Positions 1-13,268 of a stretch of DNA of 64,000 nt are shown in pieces. The stretch covers positions 29,946,001 to 30,010,000 of the forward strand of contig OX597836.1 of assembly GCA_951406725.2 (NCBI GenBank), in the 5' to 3' direction. The stretch comes from Octopus vulgaris. Lineage: Eukaryota. The notes beneath the pieces were generated by a model. That model had not been told where the DNA came from and ran no database searches. It was given only the letters and a program-made list of their open reading frames with translations. Position 1 is the stretch's first letter; each line of letters starts with the position of its first letter. A program made the translations under genes and the position numbers.

Positions 1-333
1 GGTGGCATTTATCTGTTGTAATAGAACAAAGGGAAAAAAAGAAAAAGATTAAATAAATAAAAAAGACTTTATTGCAATTTCATGACAAAATGATATTACT
101 GAGAAAATAAATTATATTATTCTGAGAATTGGTGGATTGACAAAATTGTTAGTGTGTCAGACAAAATACCTGACTGCAGTTTATGACCCTTTACATTTTG
201 AGTTCAAATCCTACTGGTCAACCACATTGTTTTAGGTTCAGCCTCACTGTGTGGCACCTTGGAGCAAATGTCTTCTACTATAGCCCCAGAGTGACCAGAG
301 CTTTGAGAGTGAATTTGGTAGACGGAAACTGAA

Positions 334-730
334 AGGCGCAGGAGTGGCTGTGTGGTAAGTAGCTTGTTTACCAACCACATGGTTCGGGTTCAGTCCCACT
401 GCGTGGCATCTTGGGCAAGTGTCTTCTACTATAGCCTCGGGCCGACCAAAGCCTTGTGAGTGGATTTGTAGACGGAAACTGAAAGAAGCCCGTTGTATAT
501 ATGTATATATATATATGTGTGTGTGTGTTTGTCCCCCTAGCATTGCTTGACAACCGATGCTGGTGTGTTTATGTCCCCGTACTAGCGGTTCGGCAAAAGA
601 GACCGATAGAATAAGTACTGGTCTTACAAAGAATAAACCCCGGGGTTGAATTGCTCGATTAAAGGTGGTGCTCAGCATGGCCGCAGTCAAATGACTGAAA
701 CAAGTAAAAGAGTAAAGAGTAAAGAGAGTA
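334..730 (+). mobile_element. tRNA-derived SINE family A, full length, nested in an older family A copy (about 234-333 and 731-945)
   Basis: A-box TGGCTGTGTGG, B-box GGTTCAGTCCC, CORE-like CTTGGGCAAGT, internal (TA)n(TG)n, tail AAGTAAAAGAGTAAAGAG; more than 10 homologous copies in the window. Confidence 0.9.
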
Positions 731-1194
731 TATATGTCTGTATATGTTTGTGTTTGTCTCCCATCCCAGTGTTGGTTTATTCATGCCCTTGTAACTTAGT
801 GGTTTGGCAAAAGAGACCAATAGGAAAGAATAAGTACCAGGCTTAAAAAAAAAAAAGTACTGGGGTTCATTAGTTGAAGTAAACCTTTCAAGGCAGTGCC
901 CCAGCATGGCCACAGTTCAATGATTGAAACAAATAAAAGACTAAAGATAAAGATATAATTTGTTCCAGGATAGAAAAGTGCTTTGAATAATTTAGTTTCA
1001 TTAGTGTTGAAATTATCATTCTTCTCAACAAGCTCTAATTTTACCAATAAAACCACAGTTCTCACATGTGACAGTATGAATGGAGCACTGTGGCAACAAG
1101 CTAGATTTGTATTTTCATTTTCCCACATTTATTATTAGTTTATTTAACCTTGAGGACTCAAAGTCTTTTATAATACTGAAACATAATTTTCTCT

Positions 1195-1410
1195 TTAACC
1201 CTTTAGTGTTCGCATTATTCTGCCAAAATTAATCCTTTTTTATCCACATTGCCTTGAACTAATCAGGCATTATCTTGGTGCTATGAGATTCTAATGAGGT
1301 AGCTGTTAATTTTTAAAATGATATTGTAGGGTTGGTGTGAGAGACCAGATCTGTCCAGTTTGAACATAAAACAGGCAGAATACTTTTGGCCGGATATGGC
1401 CGGTTTAAAT
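1195..1410. mobile_element. piggyBac-like MITE (partial)
   Basis: Starts TTAA-CCCTTTAG; homologous to 28299-28526. Confidence 0.55.
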
Positions 1411-1666
1411 TACACTCCTGTGCTATTCTTTTAAAACATGTTATGGGTACACTTGAAATAAATAAATTCAGTCTCAGTTTAACAATGTAGCTTAAAATGG
1501 ATGTTTTAGAGCACTATCATAAAGTTAGCATATGTGTGTGAGTGAGAGAAAGGGAGAGAGAGTAGATGTGTGTGTGCGTGCATGTGATGATCTTCCATCT
1601 GCCTTCATCCAGTATGCATTATTCATTAACATGCAAGTGGCTGAGCACTCCACAGATACTTCCTTT

Positions 1667-1901
1667 CTTTCTTTTTCTTTTACTTGTTTCAGTCATTTGA
1701 CTGTGGCCATGCTGGAGCACCGCCTTTAGTCTAGCAAATCGACCCCGGGACTTATTCTTTGTAAGCCCAGTACTTATTCTATCAGTCTCTTTTGCCGAAC
1801 CGCTAAGTGACGGGTACGTAAGCACACCAGCATCAGTTGTCAAGTAATGCTAGGGGGACAAACACAGACACACAAACACATACACACACACATGCATATA
1901 T

Positions 1902-1950
<49 letters not shown>

Positions 1951-2103
1951 TACGACAGGCTTCTTTCAGTTTCTGTCTACCAAATCCACTCACAAGGCAT
2001 TGGTCGGCCCAGGGCTATAGCAGAAAACACTTGTCCAAGATGCCACGCAGTGGGACTGAACCTGGAACCATGTGGTTGGTTAGCAAGCTACTTACCACAC
2101 AGC
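1667..2103 (-). mobile_element. SINE family A, inserted in a family C SINE (about 1590-1660 and 2104-2317)
   Basis: Reverse complement of the family A consensus; both flanks match 24681-25003 in reverse. Confidence 0.88.
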
Positions 2104-2443
2104 CTAACATAGTTCTCAGGGAGATTCAACACAAAACAGAATGTGACAAGGATGGCCCTTTGAATTTCAGGCACAACTCATTTTTGCCAGCTAAGTGTAC
2201 TGGAGCAATATAAAAAAAAGTGTCTTGCTCAAGAACACAATGCACCACTGGGAATCAAACTCATGATCTTACAACTGTGAACCGAATACCCTAACCACTA
2301 AGCCACATACCTTCACATTGTTTAAGTAAAAGGCTACAGCAAAAGGCTTTTGCCCTAACTGTTGCCCAGTAGGATCAAATCCACAACCAGGTTGCTGTGA
2401 AGCCAACCCCCTAACCACATGGCTGGCTATGACAGCACTGATT

Positions 2444-3245
2444 TTCTTTTATCATTTACTTGTTTCAGTCATTTGATTGTGGCCATACTGGGGCACCACC
2501 TTTATGGGCTTTAGTCAAACAAATCGACCCCAGAACTTATTTCTTTTAAGCCCAGTACTCATTTTATTGGTTTCTTTTGCCGAACTGCTTAGTTATGGGG
2601 ATGTAAACACACCGATACCAGTTGCCAGGTGGTAGTGGTAGGAGACAAAAACAGACACAAAGACATACATGCATAGATATATACATATACTAGCAGTATC
2701 GCCTGGCATTGCTCGGGTTTGTTTCGACCCTTTAGAATTGGAATTTTTGAAAAGTAAAAATTTTGCATTATGTAGCTTGTTATTCTCTTTAAGTGAACAT
2801 ATTTTCTGATTGAAATACACTGAAAAAATGGCAACACAGCAGTCAAAAAATCGTAAAAAATAGGGATTTTCATAGAAAAGAAGCACATTTTTTATGTAAA
2901 TAATTTTTGGTGTTAACACGGTCCGATTTGAATTTTTTCTTCTACGGAAGGAAGAGCAAGCCTTCTTCTATCATACTTTCAATTTTGGTCAACTTGCACC
3001 GCAGGGTCTCAGAAGAGATAGTGTTAGTTGAAAGCTACCAAACCTGCCATACACAGACAACTTCAGCTTTATATATATATAGAGATATGATGGGCTTCTT
3101 TCGGTTTCCATCTACCAAATCCATTCACAAGGCTTTGGTCAGCTCGTGGCTATAGAAAACACACAAGGTGCCACACAGTGAGACTAAACCCGGAACCATG
3201 TGGTTGGGAAGCAAGCTTCTTATTACACAATCATGCCTGCGCCTA
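2444..3245 (-). mobile_element. Older SINE family A copy split by a Helitron
   Basis: Tail half at 2444-2689 and head half at 3086-3245 rejoin across the internal (TA) tract. Confidence 0.75.
2690..3085 (-). mobile_element. Non-autonomous Helitron
   Basis: Minus strand begins A|TCTCTATATATAT and ends with hairpin CCCGAGCAATGCCAGG..CTAG|T. Inserted between A and T with no TSD. Confidence 0.8.
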
Positions 3246-3992
3246 TACATATTGTTATTCTTTTTACTTTCCGAGATAAAATGCTTTGTTGATTTATTAG
3301 AATTGTCAGAAGTATATCTTCAATCACCCTTCTCTCGTATGCAGGATTCTTTGAATAAAATAGAGTCATTACAGATTGTTTTCATGTTCCGTATTATGTA
3401 TCAACGAATGTTTTCATATTTCTACTCCACAATTCAACCTACTTGGTTATTTATTCAAATTCAGGTAAAAGAAAAAAAAACAAAAAAAAAAAAGAAATAC
3501 AGAAAAGACTTTCGGTCCAATCAACTGTATTCTTTAAATCCCAAGAATGTGTAGCGAAGATAACTAAATGGTTACAGTAGAGAATGGAGAGCGGCTGACT
3601 GGTGAAGATGTGGGAGAGAAGGAGCGATAGAAGTAAATTAAGAACATTAATGCCATCTGTAAGAGAAAATCAGATCCCATAGAACTTGCATAAATAACTG
3701 AACAATTCTACAAGTGTTCTTCAAAGACCGAGGCAATAATAGTTAAGAGAGGCAGTCAGTTTGTAAGTTAAGATCAAGGAGGTTATACACAGGCAATATA
3801 TGTGGGTTAGAATGGTAAACTTTGTACAATATTAATATGCAAATATGCTAAAACTTCTTCAATAGTTGCAGCTGTATTGACAAACATTTTTATTCTGAAT
3901 TGCAAATCAATAAAGATCAGCGCTGTTAAATTTGACCAGAATATTAAACATGAATATGTCTATGTATAAATATCTATCTACCTACTTATCTA

Positions 3993-4037
<45 letters not shown>

Positions 4038-4620
4038 ACACATACATACATACATACCTATTATCTATATAGGTGTGTGTATGTGCGTATATATATATAT
4101 ATATATAAGCCTGCCTGGCTGTCTACCTGTCAGTCTATTTATCTGTGTGTCTTCATATCTATCACTCCACCAACAAACTTACATAGTCTTGTGTACACAC
4201 ACACATACATACATACACACGTGTATAAATGTGAGTGTGTTTGTGTATGTAAATATATATATATAAATGCATATGTATTATCTATTCATCTGTATATATA
4301 ATATATACACACACACAAATATATGCATACATATTTATATATACATACTTATATAAACACGTATAAATATATACATATATAACAAAAATGTAAAATTTGT
4401 TTATTTATCTAACTATCAGTACATCTGCGTAACTATCTATCTATATGCCTACATGACCATAGTTATCAATGAGTTGTCTTATATATATATATATGTGTGT
4501 GTGTATATATACATGTGTGTGTATGTGTATATATGTGTGTGTATATACATGTGTGTGTATGTGTATATATATGTGTATGTGTATATATATATATATGTAT
4601 ATATATGTATATATATATAA

Positions 4621-4655
<35 letters not shown>

Positions 4656-4968
4656 CATATATAATCACAAATGTATATACATTTATTCATGAGTTGATTT
4701 TGAATTCCATAAATACAAAAACCAGAGTACAAATGAGGATAATAATTCTGAACAGTTTCTGAATGGTTTGCTTTCCCCTTCAAATTTCCTTTTATTTTTT
4801 TTCTTCTTGTTATGCCAGCTCCTCCATGTCAGCATTGATTGACTGCTGTTGTTTCCCACAAACACAGAAATTTGATTGCTTGTAGGTGTTATTTAGCTCC
4901 AGGTCAGCCCTCATCACATCACACAGATCTATCTATGTATCCGTCTATCTGCATTTCATTCAATCTAT

Positions 4969-5352
4969 CTATCCATCAGCATTTCCATCTATGATATATC
5001 TACCTTTATATATAAAACCTTTCCAACAGTGACCCTCTCACCTTTTATTATTGCTTGCCAAGTGAACCATACGCTACATTATCCAGTATGTCCTTTATTT
5101 TTTTGACTGGTAGGATTTGAATGCAGCATAACTTGGTTGCTATTTCTAGCAGATCTAGCAACTATCCATCAGCATTTCCATTTATGATATCTACCTTTAT
5201 ATATAAAACCTTTCCAACAGTGATCCTCTCATCTTTTATTATTGCTTGCCAAGTGAACCATACACTACATTATCCAACATGTCCTTTATTTTTTTGACTG
5301 GTAGGATTTGAATGCAGCATAACTTGGTTGCTATTTCTAGCAGATCTAGCAA
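4969..5352. repeat. Tandem duplication, ~193-bp unit x2
   Basis: ctatccatcagcatttcc...gcagatctagcaa occurs twice with few substitutions. Confidence 0.9.
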
Positions 5353-5988
5353 CTATATAAAAGAGCCCTCATTTGTATGATTACAGTAGCTGTTACTATT
5401 GTTGTTTAATCCCAGGTCATCCCTGAGTGTGTAGACCCTATCTATGATGAAAGGCATTCTAGCTGTATCGTCATCATCATCATCATATCAACACTTGGGC
5501 TTACTGTCTTGAGTCCTACGGGGACTCATGGGGTCAATTACTCAGTTGCCACAGGTGAGGGTTGGCATCAGGAAAGGCATCCAACCATAGAAAAATCTGC
5601 CACAACAAATTAACAAATTCCATCTGACCCCTGCAAGAATGGCAAAATGGAAATCAAACTGATGAAGATGATGTACCCAATTTCAATACCACGTCTCAAG
5701 TTGTCTCAAGCCTATGACAAAAGACATATGCTTAAAATATAGATAGATATTATGGAAGATGTGCTTAAGATGTGTCAGCACACACACACAGCTAGATTGA
5801 ACCCTGGACCATGCTGTTACAAAATAAACTTCTTTTGCTCTATACGAGCCATGTCAACAGCCTGTTGGTGTTACGTGTAAAGGAACGACTCAATAGTATA
5901 AATGTACAAACTGAAAGTACAGGAGATGAAAGGTTTTAATTATATCAAGAGGAATAGAGCAGAAATGTTTCTAAAGAAAAAGGAAGTG

Positions 5989-6024
<36 letters not shown>

Positions 6025-6139
6025 TGTCTGTGCATGTATATTTTCATAAAATAGCAAGTTTTTAATTAAAACAAGATGATTATAAACATCACTTTAGAAT
6101 TTTAATGGGATTTGCAATCTTTGATTTTAATGCAATTTA

Positions 6140-6205
<66 letters not shown>

Positions 6206-6388
6206 GTGAGAGAGAGAAAACATATGTGTTTTGTTATTTATTGGCAATTTGAGAAAAGATGTATAATGCAATTGGATATGACTCTTTTCCCTCTCTATGT
6301 ATGTGTGTATATATACATATATATACACACACACACATGCACATACAAATATATACATACATTACATATATATATAAACATACATATG

Positions 6389-6445
<57 letters not shown>

Positions 6446-6895
6446 CCTCTCTCACACACACAACACATACATATAATACACACAGAGATTCATATATATT
6501 TATTACTTTATTAGTTACACACATACACAGGTATATACAAAATGAAGCTTCTTGCTAACAAGTCATTGAAGAAGCCCATATTTGGTTGCTTGACTGCTGG
6601 AAATAGTCAACAAACCTCCCTCAAATCACTGACTACCAGGTTTAAAAAATGACACACTGGATAATGTGAGCTTGGGCTTCCTGCATATGGCAAAAAAAGA
6701 CAGCATGGTCACAGGTGGAATGTCTTTGATCAAAGGTCTGCTTGATCTGTGTTGACCTAGGGTTAAACAACTATTCTGAAATATGCACACATTTATATAT
6801 GTATATATGCATGCAGATATGTAAGTGCACATGTGTGTTTGTATGTGTGTGTGTGTGTATATATATATAAGCATACACATACAATAAATATAACA

Positions 6896-6950
<55 letters not shown>

Positions 6951-7781
6951 TACACATACAATATATATATATATATATAATATGCAAAACTGGAGAGGAC
7001 ACTTCAGTTTTGCTGTAAAAAGTGGCAGAAAAAACACGGTGGGTAGCAATCACGAGTGATAAGTCCATTCAGATTGGCATAAGATATGGGCACTACAGGT
7101 TACCTCTGATTGTGGGAGGGACCCTGTGTTCCATTGGTTAGCTACTGCCCACCTCAAGCCACAATTGCGGCACCTGCCAGAGGGAGTGTTTGTCCAGGAT
7201 AGGACTACACAGCCAGAGCAGGAGATGTATTAGGACATGAAATGTAAAAGCTGGACTAGATTATTTTTTGCGCAACTCCATTGTCTCCTAAGACAAAAAG
7301 GATGCCAACAATATATACACACACATATATATACATGTGCATGTGTGCCCAGTGTATGTCTCTATGTAGTAAAGGATGCTATCAGATAATTCTTGTAATT
7401 ATAAAGAATATAGTGGTTGCACCTAAGTTTATTTTAAGAATGCTGTTAATGTCATTTAAATAGGCTATACTCTTTCTCTCTCTTACACACACATGTTATA
7501 TACATCATCATCAGCCAGGTGCCCTTCTTGTGTCCAGGAGTTGGTCTGCCAAGACTCTCCAGCTCCCTCTGTGTTGTGCTGCATGCATGCAATCAACCAA
7601 GCTCTTATTTCCCGTCCATTCTTTGATGCGATCAATCTACAAATGTCTTTAACAACCTCTTACTCTCCTCTCCTCTGCACATTCTGTCTGGATGGATTTG
7701 GACCCTTACTCATTCTGCATTGTATGTCTAAAGCATGATAGTTTTGTGAACTTGATTCTCAATAATGAGGTGTGTGTGTTT

Positions 7782-7986
7782 ATGGGGGAGGCTGAATAGT
7801 TTCTGGCTTTGGGTAAAAGAAAATACAGGGGGATCAGTTAATTATGCTTTAGTTCAACATATTCCCCTCTTTGATTCACACTCTTCCTGCAGCAGTCCTT
7901 CAGTTTTTCTAAGCCCTGTAAAAGAACTCAGAAGGATGGGCCTCCAACCAGGCCCTTTGCCAGGGAGTTTTCAGCACCTGCTTGTA
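7782..7986 (-). mobile_element. Mariner-derived MITE
   Basis: Homologous to 56843-57060; imperfect TIRs; carries the transposase C-terminal remnant KCVNxxGEYVE. Confidence 0.7.
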
Positions 7987-8079
7987 ATTGTCTTTGGACT
8001 TTCAGCTTTTCTAGTACTAAAAAGTTTCAGCATTTCTAGCACTACAGAATACTCTTTTGAACACATTCTGCCCAATCTG

Positions 8080-8470
8080 TAGGTGCAGGAGTGGCTGTGT
8101 GGTAAGTAGCTTGTTTACAACCATATGGTTCTGGGTTCAGTCCCACTGCGTGGCACCTTGGGCAAGTGTCTTCTACTATAGCCTCGGGCCGACCAAAGCC
8201 TTGTGAGTGGATTTGGTAGACGGAACTGAAAGAAGCCTGTCATATATATGTATATATATATATGTGTTTGTGTGTCTGTGTTTGTCCCCCTAGCATTGCT
8301 TGACAACCGATGCTGGTGTGCTTATGTCCCCGTCACTTAGCGGTTCGGCAAAAGAGACCGATAGAATAAGTACTGGGCTTACAAAGAATAAGTCCTAGGG
8401 TCGAGTTGCTCGACTAAAGGCGGTGCTCCAGCATGGCTGCAGTCAAAATGACTGAAATAAGTAAAAAGAG
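8080..8470 (+). mobile_element. SINE family A
   Basis: Full-length match to family A; aatctgt direct repeat on both sides. Confidence 0.9.
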
Positions 8471-8944
8471 AAAAAATCTGTGAAAGATAGACAACTTAAA
8501 GTCTTCTATCTTCTTCTCCGTTGTTCTGTACATTGTCCAAATTTCTACCCCATAGAGGACAATTAGCATAATATAATACAACAGCTTACTAGCTTCAGTT
8601 TTAGGTGTTGTGAAAAATCTGTTTTATTGTTATAAATACTATTTTAGCCTTATTTGTTCTTTGAGTAACATAGCAACTTTCCTGATTATTCATTTGTCCT
8701 AAATACTCAAAGGTTTTATATTTGATTAAACTTCTGTTCATCTACCATTATATTTGCTTCCTTTTGTTTACTCTTACTCATAAGCATTGTCTTTGCATGT
8801 TTTTAAATTCATATTTAAACCTTTCTTATCACTTCACTGTTACAACATCAACAAATTCTCAATGCTGTCTGCCAATAATGCTGCATCATCAGTGTATCTT
8901 ATATCATTTATGTTCATTCCATATATTATATATTCTTTTCTACT

Positions 8945-9318
8945 CTAGGCACAAAGCCTGAAATTTTTTAGGGGAGGGGGCCAGCTGATTAAATTGACCC
9001 TAGTATGTAACTGGTACTTAATTTATCAACCCCGAAAGGATGAAAGGCAAAGTCAACCTCAGAATGTAAAGACAGACAAAATACCTATTTCTTTACTACC
9101 CACAAGGGGCTAAACACAGAGGGGACAAACAAGGACAGACAAACGGATTAAGTCGATTACATCGACCCCAGTGAGTAACTGGTACTTAATTTATCGACCC
9201 CGAAAGGATGAAAGGCAAAGTCAACCTCGGTGGAATTTGAACTCATAATGTAAAGACAGACGAAATGCCGCTAAGCATTTTGCCTGGTGTGCTAATGATT
9301 CTGCCAGCTCACTGCCTT
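8945..9318 (-). mobile_element. SINE family B, two stacked copies (younger copy 9086-9318)
   Basis: Reverse complement of GGCGGCGAGCTGGCAGAA...GAGTTCAAATTCC...GTAAAGAAATA. Confidence 0.85.
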
Positions 9319-9535
9319 GCTAAATATTATATATTATGCTCTTACTGTATGTATATGAACTTCTTTCAGTTTCCATCTATCAAATACACTAACAAGGCTT
9401 TGGTTGGCCTGAGGCCATAATAGAAGGTGTCACACAATGTAACTGAACATGGATCTATGTGGTTGGGAAGCAAACATCTTACTACATAGCCATACCGGCA
9501 TCTATTGACAATGTTTTACATAAGACATCTGACTG

Positions 9536-9567
<32 letters not shown>

Positions 9568-9762
9568 GTTAATCCAAACAAGAAAACACAAAAAAACACA
9601 ACAACGCGAGGACGTGGAACAAATATAGTATTATTGGACGCTCAGGAAAGAAGGAGGGTTTAACGTTTTGAGCGGAGCTCTTCATCGGAAACATAGGAGA
9701 AGGAAAGATCCAGAGAAGGGAAGACAGAGGAAAAAAAATCGCCAACGGTACACACGAGGTCA
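9568..9762 (-). mobile_element. Penelope-like terminal-repeat fragment with hammerhead relic (family E1)
   Basis: Near-identical to 18557-18750; follows a (TA)n tract. Minus strand GTTT-CCGATGA-A-GAGC-TCC-GCTC-AAAACGTT-AAAC. Confidence 0.6.
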
Positions 9763-10074
9763 TGTGTGTGTGTGTGTCTGTGTGTATCTGTACCTAGAGA
9801 TTTGAACATGTAACACACACACATAGATGCATGATATATAGAACCTCTAGTTATGTACACACTTAAAGAATGGTGCATTGGCAGAATCAGTAGAGCAACA
9901 GATAAAATTATGATGCTACTTTATTTTCTAAGATCAAATCCCACCAGGTTGATTATGGTTTTTGTCAATCTGGTGGATAGTGGGTACAATAAATTAAGTG
10001 CCAGAGAGGTACTGGAGTTGATATAATCAACCTGAACCACTTTCGGTAAATGTAGGACCTTGTATTTAAGTTAG

Positions 10075-10570
10075 AGATCATAATCTTTTTTGGAATGGCG
10101 GAAATGGCAGAATTTATCAATTAAATATCTACTATGGTATCCAGCTGTAGAAACCATATCGAAAAAGAAGGAAGATATTAATGGAAAAGATGTGAACTGC
10201 GCAAGCCACATCCAGGCCTCTCATCTAGGACTGGGGTGGGGGAGACCCCCAAACATTTTGATACAGGATCTATCCTGTATCACTTCTTTTTCTTTCTTTC
10301 TTTTCTTTTTTTTTATTATCTCAGTTTAGAAATCATTATCCTTTTGGAATGGCAGAAATGACAGAATTTGTAGACATCTACCAGGGTATCCAGCTGTAGA
10401 AACCATACTGGAAATGAAGGAAGGTATGCAAACTACACAAGCCACATCCAGGCAACTCATCTAGGACTGAAGTAACTGGAGTTGGTGGGGGGGGGGGGCT
10501 GAAGGATGGAGACTTCAAACATTTTGATGCAGGATCTATCCCATATAATTTTTTTTCTTTCTTTTTTTGT
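10075..10570. repeat. Diverged ~250-bp tandem duplication
   Basis: ttttggaatggc.gaaatg.cagaattt...ccagctgtagaaaccata...catctaggactg...caggatctatcc occurs twice. Confidence 0.75.
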
Positions 10571-10965
10571 ATCAAGACTCTTTAGTCTTGTTGCCATTAT
10601 AAAATACAATCAGTCCGTACCGATAGGAAGAGCAACTAGTCATACGAATAACATCAGAGATGCAGTGAGACATATACAAGCCATAATAACATGGGAAAAA
10701 TGAATTATGATGATGATGATGATGGTGGTGGTGGTGACGACGATGATGATGAATGTTTAATTTTGCACCCCCTACCTTGTTGGAGTGATTCTGCCTTTCA
10801 TCTTTGTGCAGCTGATCAAATAAGTATCAGGTATATTACTCAGAATGATATCATTGATTATACACCCTAACCTCCCCACCACTGCCCCATGTCCCCATGT
10901 ATTTGTGGCTCTATGCTGATATTAAAAATCATGATATATATATATATATATATATATGCACATAC

Positions 10966-11006
<41 letters not shown>

Positions 11007-12064
11007 AACATATACACACGTATATGCACACGCTCATATATATCACTTAAAAGAGGTTACTTATATATCCAGGTTGTAACTACAGCCAGTGGTTTGTCAT
11101 TAAAATATTAAACAAAAGGTAAAAAGGGGGTCAGGTATCTTTTGTATAAGGATCAGATATTTCATATGTAGCAATAAAAATCCAATATCATGAGCCTTTA
11201 CTTTATTGATAGCCTTCTGACAATAAATTACATATATGTGTGTGTGTGTGTGCATGTGTGCGTGTGTCTATGGTGTGTGGATATAAGTATAAAACTGGAT
11301 TAAAGCTGCCGTTGAAGTGAATGCTTGAATGGAGCATTTAGTTCCACGGATCTTCTTACATTACTCTGATCCAAAGTTAGCGGATGTGATATAACGATCA
11401 TAGGAAATACATCATCATACATCATCAAACACTTCGTGATATTCTTTCTGTTTTTATTTCATACATTTAAATGCAAACACACACACACACACACAAACAT
11501 TGAATCACGTATATGCGATACAGTCTATAATATTCCATCACTTTCAGAAGATCAATGAGACAGTATTTATTTTGCGTTGCTTTATTTTTGCTACCCTTGT
11601 TGTTTTTGGTTTTAAACATCTCATTGATGTTTATTATTCTTATTATATTTTTTTTGGACGCAGCTCTATTATTACGTGTTGATGATTATTCCAATGCAGA
11701 CCCTGGTTCTAAAAGTACTTATGTCACATGAAAATCAATGACTTGGGCACTTTTAGCAGTAGGAGTTCATCTTGTTTTGTTTTCCCCTTGATGGTGTTAG
11801 ATTAGGTTAGTAAATGTTATTAATATCCTCATATGTGTATGCATATATACATGCTGTGATGTTGTATTAACACTTCACATAGCAATAATTCCCAATTCAA
11901 GACTTTTTTTTTTTATTATTGATATTTACTTAATTTTACATCATGTTGAATTTAGTAACCAAAAATAAAGAATGCTTCATGTTAAACCATGTCGTTAAAG
12001 ATAAAAGGTTACCTCATGTTAAACTAAACTATCAAAGATAAACAGTTACCTCGTGTAACTACCT

Positions 12065-12501
12065 AAGGCAGTGAGGTAATAGAATTGTTAGCACACCAGG
12101 TGAAGTGCTTAGTGGTACCTAATCTTTACCTTCTGAGTTCAAATTCCACCAAGGTTGACTTTACCTTTCAACCTTTTGGGGTCAATAAAATAAGCACCAG
12201 TTGAACACGGGGGTAGATGTAATTGACTTAACTACTCCTGGGTAAAAGTATAAAAATTGTGCCCCTCTTATTTCTTTACTGCCCACAAGGGGTTAAACAC
12301 AGAGTGGACAAACAAAGACAGACAAAGGGATTAAGTCGATTACATCGACCCCAGTGCGTAACTAGTACTTAATTTATCAACCCCGAAAAGATGAAAGGCA
12401 AAGTCGACCTCGGTGGAATTTGAACTCAGACCGTAGCGGCAGACGAAATACTGCTAAGCATTTCGCCTGACATGCTAACGTTTCTGCCAGCTTGCCGCCT
12501 T
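12065..12501. mobile_element. Two family B SINEs in inverted orientation (12065-12240 +, 12270-12501 -)
   Basis: Both match family B; the minus copy is flanked by the direct repeat aaattgtgcccctct. Confidence 0.85.
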
Positions 12502-13222
12502 ATAAATTGTGCCCCTCTGTCAAGCCATGTTGAGCCAGTGTGGCAGAGTAGGTTCATCAAACCAGTATAATCTCATGCTCAAATTCATGGCCTCCACATC
12601 AAACTATGGTTAGTGGAGAGAACATGCTGAGACCTTTATCCTGCAGTAGACTGAACATAGGCAATCCAATTCAATCAAGAAGGGTGGGTAGAGTAGGTTC
12701 ATCAAACCAGTATAATCTCAAGGTCAAATTCATGGCCTCCATATCAGACTGTGGTTGATGGAAAGAAAAGGACAATGTGTGTATGTACATATGCACACAC
12801 ACACACACGGCAAATGAAAGACGGAACATGGAATATATGAGAATTTATTAATCACGACAATTGTTTTGACACATCTAGTGGAATAGTGGATGTTGAAGCA
12901 TGTAAAGCTATAATTAATAGCATGTAAATATTAGGCTGAAGAGCCCTTTTTGATAAAAAAAAAAAAAAATCAAAGGCTGCCTATGGGACTTGAACCCACA
13001 TCTGTAGACATGCTATTATTTATAGTTTTATGTGCTTCAAAATCCACTATTCCAAAAACAGAATTATTTCATGTTCTCTCAAAGTTTATAAATATCCTGA
13101 TGCAACCAACTGTAGAAACATTGCCAAATCAAATTGGAGCCTGGTACAGCCACTGGCTCTCCAGACCCCAGTCAAACCGTCCAGCCCATGCCAGCATGGG
13201 AAACGGATATTAAACAATGATG

Positions 13223-13268
<46 letters not shown>

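Larger units (their letters stand above)
7500..8930 (-). mobile_element. Degenerate RTE-like LINE 3' portion, interrupted by a mariner MITE and a family A SINE
   Basis: Minus-strand remnants RYTDDAALLADSIENL (YADD-like RT motif, ~8855-8900), TFEYLG and VLYG-EIWTM; (GAT)n-like end near 7500. Confidence 0.7.

Noticed and set aside
244-690. 148-aa ORF and the recurring peptides DTCPRCHAVGLNPEPCGW and RHLPKVPRSGTEPG
   Set aside because: Antisense translations of SINE family A; they recur because the SINE recurs, not because of a gene family.
3168-3554. 128-aa plus-strand ORF
   Set aside because: Starts inside a SINE, runs through a poly-A tract and has no recognisable domain.
3996-7068. Many YIYIYI, CVCVCV and THTHTH ORFs here and across the window
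   Set aside because: Translations of dinucleotide microsatellites.
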